A DNA stretch of 64,000 nucleotides from an uncultured bacterium (GCA_964466185.1 CAYXMS010000001.1:2284-66283); one strand, 5' to 3'. Counted from the first letter of the stretch, positions 1-10,512 are shown. Numbers and translations: made by a program. Notes: generated by a model not told the origin, from the letters alone.

Positions 1-3000
1 TAAAGTCAAAGCCCCACCCGAATAAATCCGTGTATTAAGAGATGAATTAGATTGATTGTAAATACCGTGGTTTGAAGTTGTGGAGCCGGAAGCTCCGGTT
101 CCCTTAACAATAATCGAGCCAGTTCCCAAAGAACATATCTGAGCCTGATTGGCAAATAATACACCGCAGTTGGTCGTCGTTGAACCATCTCCTACTCCTA
201 TTATACCCAGCATGGAAGAAGAACCGCTTCCAGTATATAATTTAGTGTCAGTAGAAGCATTCCCGTCAAGGCCGACTCCTATATTTGCAAAAGTGCCCTC
301 CCCTCCTATGCCATCCAGATATACAGCGCCGGTAGAAGAATATAAGGATGCATAGTTATAAATATTAATACCCCGTTGTGAATCTCCGCTGCCCTTGCCT
401 CCTACGCATGTAACATTGAGAGTTCCTGAATCTGTATAAATCTTGGTATTGGCAGAACCGTTTCCACTGTTAAATATGCCATAATTGTCATCAACGCCTT
501 CCCCACCCACGCCATTTAAATAAAGCGAATGAGAGCCGGTAGTATAAATAGAACCCTGGTTGTAATTATACATACCGTAGTTATTCGAGCTTCCCGTACC
601 CCCCATTCCTGTAAGATAGACATCGCCGCCGGAAGAATAAATCTGGGTATTGACAGAAGCATTTCCGTTATTATAAATACCGATATTTAATCCATTGGCG
701 CTAGTGCCGCCGATGCCCTTTAAAGTCACTGTAGATCCGGTAGAATAGATCTTAGACTGATTATAATTGCAAATTCCATCGGCCTCCGCATTTGAACAGA
801 CGCCTCCGGTGCCTGCAATATCAATAGCGTTTGGCCCATATATAGAAGCAGAAGTTGTACACAACATACCATCTGCAAAAGAAGATCCGGATCCTCCGGT
901 GGCTATGATATTAATCGTGCCACTGCCTCCTGTAGCGACATAAGCAGCAGAGTTATTGGAATAATATCCCGTATTTTCTGTTCCGCTGCCCTCCCCTCCG
1001 GTTCCATTTATGTACAAATTGCCATTTGTTACATAAATCTGAGAACTGCTATTGAGCCTGAAGCCCTGCTGACTATTCGTACCGTCAAAAGTAATGGAAA
1101 CGGCATTAACAGACACATCGCCCGAGCCCGTAGAGTGCAAATCCGCGCTTGAATAAAGTTCAAAGGCCGTATTATATACTCCTGTACTCTCACCGCTGAC
1201 AGCTGAAATTTCTATATCTCCATCCGTTGAACTAATAATTCCGCTAGAACCATAGCTATACCCGCCAAAAGTATTTCTTGACCCTTCTCCTGCATAGCCA
1301 TTTAAGGAAAGCTTACCGGTAGTAACAGAAATTGTACTTTCATGATTACGAAATCCCATATTACTAGTACCTGTTCCCACTCCTCCTATGCCTGTCATTA
1401 TTACATTACCAGAACCTGTAGCCTTAATCTCTGCTGAATTTGTATTCATGAAACCCATATTGTTCTCTACTCCCGGCCCTCCCATGCCATAAATATCTAT
1501 ATTTCCTATGTCCGTAGTAGAAATGGTCCCACCATTGTTATAAACCCCATAATTAGTATTATGCGAATTCCCTCCTTGCCCCCTGATAATAATATTGCCA
1601 TCTACGGCTGTAATGGTACCTTCGTTTTTTACTCCTTGGTAATTTCCAGAAGCCAGCCCTTCTGCTATAATTTCTATAGCATCGAAATTTGTATTGCCAT
1701 TGTTAGTATTTTCAATAGTAATGCCGGAACTGATAGCGACTTTATTTTCTGCAAACAGAGTAAGCTTGGTAGCAGCTGACCAGCTGATATCATTGCTAAC
1801 GGTAATATTGCCATCTTCTGAACCGTCCATATTAACAGTGCTGATAATGACATTGGCAGTTCCTAAATTAGTTTCCAGAGTAGTGCAGTTAACAATAGCC
1901 CCGGTAGCATTAGGATCGGCTGTATTAGGAGTACCTCCATCCCAGTCAATATTGGCCTCGCTGGAATCGCTGACAGTAATATTATAAGGATCCAAAAGAA
2001 AAGAGCCGATTTTTCCATTAACAGCTGCAGTTGAAGCGGTGCCCTTGGGGCAGAAAAAACCATGCGAAGAGACTTCTACAAATCCGCCGTCGCCTTTGCT
2101 CTTGCCGCCCTGTGCTGAAATATGGCCCCTAAAGTCTGTGCCCTTATCTGACCAGAGAATAACTTTGCCGCCGTTTCCATTTTCCAAGGCGTCGGCATGT
2201 ACTATACTATCTTTATCAAGGTAGACGTAACTGGCATTTTTAAAAGAGGGATTTTTACCCTGATAGTCGCCGCCGATTAGCACTTCTCCGCCGCCTGCTT
2301 GACCGGAGACATCTATCTTAGCTTTTTGCAGTTTGACAGTTTTGCCGAACAGGTGGACTTTGCCTCCTGTTTCATATGTGTTGTGAGCAAAAGTTTTATT
2401 TTTAGCCGATATTTTTCCTGTAGCATCAATGCAGCCGTCATCAGATGTTAAAAGTATTTTGCCTTCTTTTTCCCGAATGCCCACAGCATCGATCAAACCG
2501 CCTGCTTCGATTGCCAAAGAATAAGCAGAGCCTCCTGCGGCCTTGAGCTCTGCTTCTACAGCTTTTATCTGTCCGCTATTTTTTATTTGCCCTTCTTTTT
2601 TCAAGCGTACAGCAGTTTTCATCTGATCTGTCGGAATCAAATAAAGCTCGAAGCCTGCATGCAAAGAGACTTTACCTTTTTCAGCTATTAGTTTCCCCTG
2701 ATTATCGATTTCTTTGGAGATCAAGATAATATCGCCTGAAGCAGAATTAATAGTACCTTGATTTACAATATTTTGAGAATTTCCAAAATCAGCGATCTGA
2801 TCGGTTGCTTTATTTTTTTTTCCCGACAAATAATCTTTGTCTGTCAGATCGTAAGTAGAGCCGATAAAAGCGGCAGTATCGATGGTACCTGTCGGCCCTA
2901 CTACTATGCCGCTGGTATTGACAAGATACAAAGAGCCATTACTTTTTAAGCTGCCGTGGATTTCTGAAATATCCCCGCCGACAACACGGTTTAAAGTAGA

Positions 3001-3222
3001 GGCTTGATCCGATGGCAGGACAAACTCTGTTTTTTCTCCCTGTTGAATCGAAAAATTCTGCCAGTTGATAATAGCCTTGTCTGATGCCTGTGTAATAAGA
3101 CATTCTTTTCCACTATCGGAAAAAACCGCTGCACCATTTTTCACTTCTCCTTTTTCAGGATTGGTAAAAAGCAAAACCGGCAAAAGCAAAAACAGAAAAT
3201 TTTTAAATTTCAAAAACACCAT
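1..3222 (-). CDS. TpsA-type giant exoprotein (filamentous-haemagglutinin-like), paralog 2; 3' end runs off the window
   Basis: Not in the ORF track because it has no stop inside the window. My reverse-complement translation from the ATG at 3222-3220 stays open to base 1 (1074 codons). It starts MVFLKFKNFLFLLLPVLLFTNPEKGEV (signal peptide). AIINWQNFSIQQGEKTEFVLPSDQASTLNRVVGGDISEIHGSLKSNGSLYLVNTSGIVVGPTG follows and matches the TPS/haemagglutination-activity domain. The protein is collinear with the neighbouring 3481-7779 protein and then runs into Gly/Asn-rich repeats. Confidence 0.8.
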   Translation of the reverse strand, partial: MVFLKFKNFLFLLLPVLLFTNPEKGEVKNGAAVFSDSGKECLITQASDKAIINWQNFSIQQGEKTEFVLPSDQASTLNRVVGGDISEIHGSLKSNGSLYLVNTSGIVVGPTGTIDTAAFIGSTYDLTDKDYLSGKKNKATDQIADFGNSQNIVNQGTINSASGDIILISKEIDNQGKLIAEKGKVSLHAGFELYLIPTDQMKTAVRLKKEGQIKNSGQIKAVEAELKAAGGSAYSLAIEAGGLIDAVGIREKEGKILLTSDDGCIDATGKISAKNKTFAHNTYETGGKVHLFGKTVKLQKAKIDVSGQAGGGEVLIGGDYQGKNPSFKNASYVYLDKDSIVHADALENGNGGKVILWSDKGTDFRGHISAQGGKSKGDGGFVEVSSHGFFCPKGTASTAAVNGKIGSFLLDPYNITVSDSSEANIDWDGGTPNTADPNATGAIVNCTTLETNLGTANVIISTVNMDGSEDGNITVSNDISWSAATKLTLFAENKVAISSGITIENTNNGNTNFDAIEIIAEGLASGNYQGVKNEGTITAVDGNIIIRGQGGNSHNTNYGVYNNGGTISTTDIGNIDIYGMGGPGVENNMGFMNTNSAEIKATGSGNVIMTGIGGVGTGTSNMGFRNHESTISVTTGKLSLNGYAGEGSRNTFGGYSYGSSGIISSTDGDIEISAVSGESTGVYNTAFELYSSADLHSTGSGDVSVNAVSITFDGTNSQQGFRLNSSSQIYVTNGNLYINGTGGEGSGTENTGYYSNNSAAYVATGGSGTINIIATGGSGSSFADGMLCTTSASIYGPNAIDIAGTGGVCSNAEADGICNYNQSKIYSTGSTVTLKGIGGTSANGLNIGIYNNGNASVNTQIYSSGGDVYLTGMGGTGSSNNYGMYNYNQGSIYTTGSHSLYLNGVGGEGVDDNYGIFNSGNGSANTKIYTDSGTLNVTCVGGKGSGDSQRGINIYNYASLYSSTGAVYLDGIGGEGTFANIGVGLDGNASTDTKLYTGSGSSSMLGIIGVGDGSTTTNCGVLFANQAQICSLGTGSIIVKGTGASGSTTSNHGIYNQSNSSLNTRIYSGGALTL

Positions 3223-3480
3223 AAAAAACCACTTTTAAAAAGCTCCTTTTGAGGTCTTTTTAAAAGTCAGTTATGTAGCGCAAGTTATGCGCATACCTTT
3301 TAAATACTTAATACTGAAAAAACAGTTTTGTTTTCAATAAAAAAGCCCTCAACACTAAATAATCCTTTTTCCGACCAAAAATCTCAATCCCGCCAAAAAG
3401 ACAAGTCAAGCCGCTTTACACTAAAACCTATTTCTGAAGCTTAACCTCAAAACCGGTTTTTTAGGAAAAGGCAACAGCGG

Positions 3481-6400
3481 TTAGCCGTCGATATCAATCT
3501 CGGTAAGAGTGCCGGTGCCTGTTGTTTCGATAACTCCCGAATTTTCATTTAAAATGCCATCGCCTCCAGGACCGCCAATGCCTTTCAAGACAAGATCACC
3601 GTTTTCCGAGGTGATTTTTGTATCAGCAGAACCGGTTCCATCCTGATAAATGCCATGAGAGGTAGCTGAGCCTCTTGTGCTGCCATAGCCGATCAAAGAG
3701 ACTTTAGAAGCAGATCCTGCGGCAACGGTTATCTGACAATACTCACCATAATTAAATATGCCGTAATTTTGAGTTCCTGAGCCTCTGCCGAGGCCGATTA
3801 AAGTCAAATCTCCGGATGTAACATAAATCTGCGTAACTGCAGCATCAGAAACGCTAAATTGAACTATTCCTAGACAAAAATCTTCACCCTTAAAAGATCC
3901 AAAACCTTTTAAGGTTACATTGCCACTGCCTGAAGAGTAAATCTCAGCATGTTCACCAGTTAATATGCCATAATTGCTGTCTCCCGTACCTCCTCCGATA
4001 CCTACGATTGTCAGATCACCATTGTTTGTATAAATTGTGGTTCCTGAACCCTCGTTACTTATTCCATAATTGTGTTCTGTGCACTCATAATCTCCTGCTT
4101 TACCATAAAGAGTGACATTACCGCTGCTGCTGGAATAAATGTCTCCTCCGCCACAATTTCTTATGCCATAATTGCGTGTCGTTCCAGATCCGCCTATTCC
4201 CCGAACGGTTACATTGCCGCTATCAGTAGTGTAAATGCTGGCATTGTTATTAGAAATACCAATATTGTACGAACTTGTTCCACTATTGCTGCCATATCCC
4301 TGCACAAACACATTGCCAGAGCCTGTAGTTTGAATTGCAGCACCACTTACATTATATACTCCCTGATTATAGTCGCCACTTCCCTGGCCATAACCTGTCA
4401 CATACAAATCCGCATTTACTGTATAAATTTCGGAATTGTTATTGTAAACTCCCCGGTTAGAACCAGTACCTCTTCCGGCAGTGCCTATTACATTTACCCT
4501 GTCTCCGTTGGAATAAATCTTGGAAGAATTATTATTGTAAATACCATGATTATTGGTGCCGGTACCTCCGGCCTTTCCTACAAGTTTTACCTTGCCGCCG
4601 CCGGAACAAATATAAGAACTATCATTGTATATGCCATAATCTTTATTGTAGCCATAGCCACCCTCGCCTACGATAACAAGATCGCCGCCGCCGGATAAAT
4701 CACCAATAACAGTAGGATCGCCTGAGCCGGTATAGATCTGAGAGCTGCTATAGTTCATAACCCCTTGATTATTAGTATCTCCACTACTTTGATAGCCTCC
4801 GGCCTTCCCTATTATATATATATTGCCGGTAGCTGTATAAACTTTGCTAGACTCCTGTACTCTTATCCCCCAACACCAATAGGTGCTAGCTTTGTTTTGA
4901 GAGCCGTAGCCTATTAATTTTATATTGCCGGAGCCTGTGGCATATACCTGCGAAGAATTATAAATAAAAATCCCGTCGCAACCGTCAGCATTACCCTCTC
5001 CTCTTCCTATAATGGTGATATTGCCATTTACTGTTTTAACTTCAACATTTTGGCCATCTCCCTGTCTAATATCTACTCCCTTACAGTCATATCCGCCGCT
5101 AACAGAGGCTCTGCCTTTTATGTCAATGGTGCCGTTGTCTTCTGTATAAACATCCCCGCCTTCTATCTTCACTCCCTGATTTATTCGTCCGCTGCCGCCG
5201 CCGTAGCCATTTATTTCAATGCTGCCGGCGTCGGTACCAGAGGTTGAAGTTGCATATACTGAAGCTTGCGAGTAAATCTGAACGCCATAACCATATTCGG
5301 TGCCTGCTGTTGCACCATAGCCTGTCAGCTTTATATTGCCGGTTTCTGTAGTATATATTTTAGCAGCATCCTGCAACAGAATTCCTCTATTATAGGTTGT
5401 AGACCCTCTGCCTATGCCTAGGATAGTAATATCTCCATTTTCTGTATAAATTTCCGGATTGTTGCTGCCATTTATTTGAAGGTTAACCCCCTCATTTTGA
5501 GTTGTGCCTGCAAAAGAAGCTTTTCCTTCCATGGTTATATTTCCACTGCCTGCGGTATAAATTTTTCCCCCATAAATATATATGCCCCGGTTTGAAGATC
5601 CGCTGCCGCCGCCGATGCCTTTGATCTTAATATCTCCGCTGGTGGAGTGAATTGCCGTATGGCCACCAGCTGAGCTATAAAAACTTCGAACGCCGATATT
5701 ATCGTTGCCTGTAGCAGAAGTGCTGCCCTGTCCTTTCAGATAAACAGTTCCGGAATTAGAATAAATCTGGCCGCTGTAGTCATTCCAAATGCCATAATTA
5801 CGGCTGCCGGTGCCACCGCCAGTACCTGTTAATGTAAGAGCTCCACTGGTGGTATAAATTGAAGTATTGGTAGAATTATTACCATAATTTTGTATTCCAT
5901 AATTATCATCGGTGCCAGCTCCTCCCGTGCCTGTTAAAGTAACTGTTCCACTGCCCATTGCATAAATTTTGCCCTGTGAATCATTACGTATACCATAATT
6001 AGTATTGCCGCCAGCTCCACCTGTTCCATTTATTGTAATGTTGCCGCAAGAAGTTGGGGTCATTATCCAAATTGTCGAAATTTCTCCCCCATTATTGTGA
6101 ACACCGTAGTTATTATCAGATGTATCACCGCCAGTGGCGGTAATATTGATATTACCGTAAAATGCCATAATTGAGCCTTGATTTACCACGCCTTTATAAT
6201 TGCCGGATGTACCCCCCGCTGTGATATCAATTGCATCAAAATTACCTGCGGTATAGGAGCTCAATAGTTCACCCGCAGAATCCACTGTCAATGTCCTGGT
6301 AGCTATCAAAGTAAGTTTTTGAGCTGTTGTCCAACCAACCTCAACAGAAACTGTAATATCACCATCGCCCTGGTCTCCATTGGAAGTAGAAATGGTAACA

Positions 6401-7779
6401 TTGGAGCCTCCGTTTAAAGCACCTGTTATATCTGAGGCCTGTACGTTACAGGGATTGGCCTCCGAAGGGCCCGGATTATATGGATTAGTCCAGGCAGGAG
6501 AGGATGCGGAATCAGTAATTGTAATATTAGAAGGATCTAATAAAAGTTCTCCATTTTTGCCGTTTTCAGCTTTGACATCTACTCTGCATTTGGGATTTAA
6601 AAACCCTTTTGAAGAAGCTTCAACAAAACCGCCGTCGCCTGTTTCTTTTCCTCCTTTTGCTGAAATAAAACCTCGCCAGTCTGTTGCTTTTTCCGACCAG
6701 AGAATAACCTTACCGCCGTTTCCGTTTTCCAAGGCGTCTGCAAAAATATCCGCCTCTTTGTCCATATAGACAAAATCGGCATTTTTGATGTTAGGATTTT
6801 TGCCCTGATAGTCGCCGCCTACCAAAACCTCTCCGCCGCCCAGCTCTCCCGAGGCCTCTATGAAAGAGCCTTGTTCTAGCTTAACAGTTTTTCCCAGAAG
6901 ATGAACTGTGCCGCCGACAGATTTTTCTTGCTTTTGCTCTTTTAGATCTATCGCCTGTTTTTTATTGTGAGATGACAGTTTTCCTGTTACATCGATCCAT
7001 CCATCATCCGAGGCCAGAATAATCCTGCCATCTTTTTCTGTGATACCTTGAGCATCTATAATACCGCCGGCATCGATAGCCAGAGCATAGGCAGAACCGC
7101 CGGCTGCCTGAATCTCGGTCTCCACTGTTTTAATACTGCCGGAATTTTTAACCTGTCCTTCTCTTTTTAAACGGACCACTGTTTTCATCTGATCATCGGG
7201 CATCAGGTAAAGCTCTAGTCCTGCATTTAAAGAGGCCTTACCTTTTTCTGCTATCAGCTGCCCATCATTTTCAATTTCTTTGGAGATCAGAACAATATCG
7301 CCATGAGAAGCAGAGATAGTTCCCTGATTAACAATTTTCAAAGAAGAGACAATATCTCTTTCAGAAAAGCCAAGTTCTTTGTTTGACAGATAATCTTTAT
7401 CAGACAGGTCGTAGGTAGAGCCGATAAACCCGGCAGTATCCACTTTTCCCGAAGGCCCTACAACTATACCGTTTTGATTTATGAGATATAAAAGGCCGTT
7501 ACTTTTTAAACTGCCGTTAATTTCAGAAATGTTATCGCCGATAACGCGGTTTAAGGTCGAGGCTTTTTCAGAAGGAAGAACAAAACGGGTTTTTTCTTCC
7601 TGGGCAACAGAAAAGGTTTCCCAGTTAACAATAGCTTTGTCCGACGCCTGCAAAACCGTCATTTGATCGTGCTCAGAGCTGATAGATATATCGCCGCTTT
7701 TTACTTCTAAGCCTTGCGGATTGGCAAAAAATAAAACTGGCAAAAAAAACAAACACAGACTTTTTTTCAACAAATACAT
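3481..7779 (-). CDS. TpsA-type giant exoprotein (filamentous-haemagglutinin-like), paralog 1
   Basis: The 1437-aa track ORF starts at a GTG (7794); the ATG at 7779 gives MYLLKKSLCLFFLPVLFFANPQG, a signal peptide. TPS domain: AIVNWETFSVAQEEKTRFVLPSEKASTLNRVIGDNISEINGSLKSNGLLYLINQNGIVVGPSG. It also has the GGDYQGKN...NGNGGKVILWSE...GDGGFVEASSKG...LLLDPSNITI module typical of FHA-like passengers. About 27 degenerate repeats follow. Confidence 0.9.
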   Translation of the reverse strand: MYLLKKSLCLFFLPVLFFANPQGLEVKSGDISISSEHDQMTVLQASDKAIVNWETFSVAQEEKTRFVLPSEKASTLNRVIGDNISEINGSLKSNGLLYLINQNGIVVGPSGKVDTAGFIGSTYDLSDKDYLSNKELGFSERDIVSSLKIVNQGTISASHGDIVLISKEIENDGQLIAEKGKASLNAGLELYLMPDDQMKTVVRLKREGQVKNSGSIKTVETEIQAAGGSAYALAIDAGGIIDAQGITEKDGRIILASDDGWIDVTGKLSSHNKKQAIDLKEQKQEKSVGGTVHLLGKTVKLEQGSFIEASGELGGGEVLVGGDYQGKNPNIKNADFVYMDKEADIFADALENGNGGKVILWSEKATDWRGFISAKGGKETGDGGFVEASSKGFLNPKCRVDVKAENGKNGELLLDPSNITITDSASSPAWTNPYNPGPSEANPCNVQASDITGALNGGSNVTISTSNGDQGDGDITVSVEVGWTTAQKLTLIATRTLTVDSAGELLSSYTAGNFDAIDITAGGTSGNYKGVVNQGSIMAFYGNINITATGGDTSDNNYGVHNNGGEISTIWIMTPTSCGNITINGTGGAGGNTNYGIRNDSQGKIYAMGSGTVTLTGTGGAGTDDNYGIQNYGNNSTNTSIYTTSGALTLTGTGGGTGSRNYGIWNDYSGQIYSNSGTVYLKGQGSTSATGNDNIGVRSFYSSAGGHTAIHSTSGDIKIKGIGGGSGSSNRGIYIYGGKIYTAGSGNITMEGKASFAGTTQNEGVNLQINGSNNPEIYTENGDITILGIGRGSTTYNRGILLQDAAKIYTTETGNIKLTGYGATAGTEYGYGVQIYSQASVYATSTSGTDAGSIEINGYGGGSGRINQGVKIEGGDVYTEDNGTIDIKGRASVSGGYDCKGVDIRQGDGQNVEVKTVNGNITIIGRGEGNADGCDGIFIYNSSQVYATGSGNIKLIGYGSQNKASTYWCWGIRVQESSKVYTATGNIYIIGKAGGYQSSGDTNNQGVMNYSSSQIYTGSGDPTVIGDLSGGGDLVIVGEGGYGYNKDYGIYNDSSYICSGGGKVKLVGKAGGTGTNNHGIYNNNSSKIYSNGDRVNVIGTAGRGTGSNRGVYNNNSEIYTVNADLYVTGYGQGSGDYNQGVYNVSGAAIQTTGSGNVFVQGYGSNSGTSSYNIGISNNNASIYTTDSGNVTVRGIGGSGTTRNYGIRNCGGGDIYSSSSGNVTLYGKAGDYECTEHNYGISNEGSGTTIYTNNGDLTIVGIGGGTGDSNYGILTGEHAEIYSSGSGNVTLKGFGSFKGEDFCLGIVQFSVSDAAVTQIYVTSGDLTLIGLGRGSGTQNYGIFNYGEYCQITVAAGSASKVSLIGYGSTRGSATSHGIYQDGTGSADTKITSENGDLVLKGIGGPGGDGILNENSGVIETTGTGTLTEIDIDG

Positions 7780-8208
7780 AAAAATTTCCAGCACATATGA
7801 GCGTTATAACAGCTCCTTAAAAAGGAATATAGGTCTTTATTTATTATTTAGACAAATGTTTTTTTTAAAGTTAGGCCTTTTTTTTCGGATTTAAAAGAAT
7901 TGACATGTACAATAAATTATTATTTTTTTTTAATTTTTAATCTTTGTTTTCTTTATTTAAATCTTCCAGATCAAAATCCTTTTCAGGATTAAATTGTTTT
8001 TAGAAGCATCCATTATGGCCAAAGTAATTTTACCACATTATCTTGTGCCCAAAATAGCCCATACTAGAATAACCTTAAAAGCATCATTAATATTTTTAAG
8101 AAATTAAGGTCTTTTCATCATTTTTCTTAAAAATTATCTTTTCTATTACTAATTTTCAGAGAAAATAACTAAATATTAAAAACATAAGTTTTTAATAGAA
8201 CACGCTCT

Positions 8209-9993
8209 TTAAAAAGTTAAAAAAGCTCCCAAATGAATCCGGTTTTTAATATCTTTACCAAAAAGTTTGCCGTGTACGCTTTTCATCTGAAAACCGGCAT
8301 CAAAACGCACATCGACATTCCAATTAATCTTATATATAAAACCAGGTCCAGCAGAAAGCAGAACAGACGTATCGCGAGAGAGAACATTCTGATCGACTTC
8401 ATTTAAAAAGCCAAAATCTATAAAAGCTAAAACTTGAAAAGCATCGTTCCAGGGCTTGATAAAATGCAGCGCCGGTGTTCTTATTTCATTTTTTAAAAGC
8501 AAACCGCGATCGCCCAGGACTTCATTTTCCAAATAACCGCGCACAGTCAAATGGCCTCCAAGTGCAAATTCTTCTGTTGCTAGCAATTTCCCAGTAGACA
8601 TTTGCATGACTGTGCTGACAATCCAGCTCCAGTTTCCTCCTAACAGCTGATAACGGTCTAAATTAAACGTACCATATATATAGTCGCTTTGCGCTCCTCT
8701 TCTCTGTGTATGGAAATAATGGTTGCGGTTGAATGCACTCATTCCTCCGGAGCTTAGATAAACTGAAAGACCAAAAAAAGTCCTGCCCCATTTATCAATT
8801 TCTCTGCCTTCATAGCGAACTAAAAATTGGGAGATATCAGCCTGTGTGGTAGTAACATTATAGCCGTAATATTCTAAAAAATCGTTAGAGCGTTTAAAAT
8901 CATAGCCGAATTGCAAAAGATGAGAATAAAAGCCAAAATCTTTTAAAGGCAGATCATAACGGCCGCCGATCTGCCAAAGCTGTCCTTTAGTTACTGACCC
9001 GGATATAATGTTCAGCTCTTTTGAGGTGGCACGCGAGCGATTATAATTATAAAATAATTTAAGCCGATGCCTCCAAGGAAGCGGAATCAAATAGCTGCCG
9101 GCGGCAGAAAACCAACTTCTAGTCTTTTCTGCTGTAGCGAATTCAAAATTAATCTGATGGTCCAGCCAAAAAAGATGGCCCCAATTAAAACCGGCTTTGT
9201 ATCTGGAAGAGCCTGCACTTTTATATGGATTGTTTTCATATCCGGCATAGGCTTTAAAAGGGAATTGCTCTTTTACATATAAAACAATATCAGTAGTGCC
9301 CAATCTTTCTCCCGGCTCATAAATAATATCTACCGTTCGGAAAGGATCTCCTTCCAGCCAGGCCGCATCGTCAACTAAAAGACTGGGCTTAATTTCCCCT
9401 CCCTCTTGGAGGCTGATTTCTTTTTTTAATTTTTCATCAGAGCTGTATCTGCTGCCTTCAATTCTAATCTGTCCTAGTTTGGAAGGCAAAATAACAACTT
9501 GAATCACCCCTTCCGTCACATCCTGATCTGCCGGCACCAGAACCCTGACCAGAGGAAAATCCCCTTTCCAATAGTAATCTACAACTGTTTTTTTCAGTTC
9601 TAATAAAAATTCAGAATCAATTTGCCTATTTAAAAACTTTTCCATTTGCAGAATGAATTTTTTTTCTTCTGGTATTTTCAAATCTCTAATTTTAATGCCG
9701 GAGCTAACAGCGGCAGGCGGAAGCAAGACTGTATCAGAACTGATAAAAATCAAAGTTTTTAATTTGGGAAGATTTTCTTTTTTAGGCCTGGGTAAAAATT
9801 TCAGTTCTCTAGCCCTTCTATCTTCTTGCGAAATTTTCTGAGAGGGAATTTTTGCAGAAAAATCAATCTGGGATTTTTCGCTCTTGGTTTTTTCCTGTTG
9901 ATTCTCTGCTTTAAAAAAAGCAGCAGCTGTTTTATTCTCTTGAGCAAACAACAAACTACTTAACAAAAAACTGCAAAATACCCAAGTACGCAT
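8209..9993 (-). CDS. TpsB outer-membrane transporter (ShlB/FhaC/HecB family, POTRA + 16-strand barrel)
   Basis: 594 aa with signal peptide MRTWVFCSFLLSSLLFAQE. POTRA-like segment GVIQVVILPSKLGQIRIEGSRY...LQEGGEIKPSLLVDDAAWLEGDPF. The C-terminal half is rich in beta strands and ends ...HLGAFLTF (terminal Phe). It lies directly upstream of the two TpsA genes on the same strand, with an AGAGGA SD before the ATG. Confidence 0.85.
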   Translation of the reverse strand: MRTWVFCSFLLSSLLFAQENKTAAAFFKAENQQEKTKSEKSQIDFSAKIPSQKISQEDRRARELKFLPRPKKENLPKLKTLIFISSDTVLLPPAAVSSGIKIRDLKIPEEKKFILQMEKFLNRQIDSEFLLELKKTVVDYYWKGDFPLVRVLVPADQDVTEGVIQVVILPSKLGQIRIEGSRYSSDEKLKKEISLQEGGEIKPSLLVDDAAWLEGDPFRTVDIIYEPGERLGTTDIVLYVKEQFPFKAYAGYENNPYKSAGSSRYKAGFNWGHLFWLDHQINFEFATAEKTRSWFSAAGSYLIPLPWRHRLKLFYNYNRSRATSKELNIISGSVTKGQLWQIGGRYDLPLKDFGFYSHLLQFGYDFKRSNDFLEYYGYNVTTTQADISQFLVRYEGREIDKWGRTFFGLSVYLSSGGMSAFNRNHYFHTQRRGAQSDYIYGTFNLDRYQLLGGNWSWIVSTVMQMSTGKLLATEEFALGGHLTVRGYLENEVLGDRGLLLKNEIRTPALHFIKPWNDAFQVLAFIDFGFLNEVDQNVLSRDTSVLLSAGPGFIYKINWNVDVRFDAGFQMKSVHGKLFGKDIKNRIHLGAFLTF

Positions 9994-10512
9994 AAAAAAT
10001 CCTCTTGTAACACCCTCTCAACAATAAATGACTGAACATCCTAAGATGTAAGAAATTCCTTTAATCCACCAACGACCTTTTTACAGGATTACCTCTTGGT
10101 GTTCTATTAGTATCAGTTTCTAAGGATATGGGTTTTTAATGTTAAACCCTTTCCGTATGCCCTATGGTAATTTAAAAAAACTATTTTAATTGAAGCTTTT
10201 TTTTATTTTTTTTTCAATATATTCTCTTTCATTTCGCTATTGAACCTCTATCACCTAAAGACGAAGGATTCCTGCTTTCCAGTTCCAAGCAACTCCGACA
10301 GCTACCCAAGCTTACCGACGCACTTAATATTCATTCCTGCACTCGGATCTCTATCGCTCCTTAATCCGCATTCATAAACATATTCTCTTTGTCCAAGAGG
10401 TATTTTATTCTTTTTCCCGCATCATAAAAATAATTATAACTTTGCTTTTACTTACTTTCCAATTGAACGCAAAAGCCTTTTATTATATTTTTTTTAATGG
10501 GAGCATAAAAAA

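Noticed and set aside
4072-6769. Plus-strand ORFs inside tpsA (4072-4698, 5050-5247, 6380-6769), and 1561-2224 inside paralog 2
   Set aside because: They are antisense to a long, well-supported TpsA frame. The Gly/Asn-rich repeat codons leave few stop codons on the opposite strand. No independent coding signal is visible.
10240-10275. A possible fourth HEARO-like 5' end (TATCACCTAAAGACGAAGG)
   Set aside because: Only the short strings ATCACC, TAAAG and GAAGG are shared, and the following 200 nt show no similarity to copies 1-3. This is likely chance.
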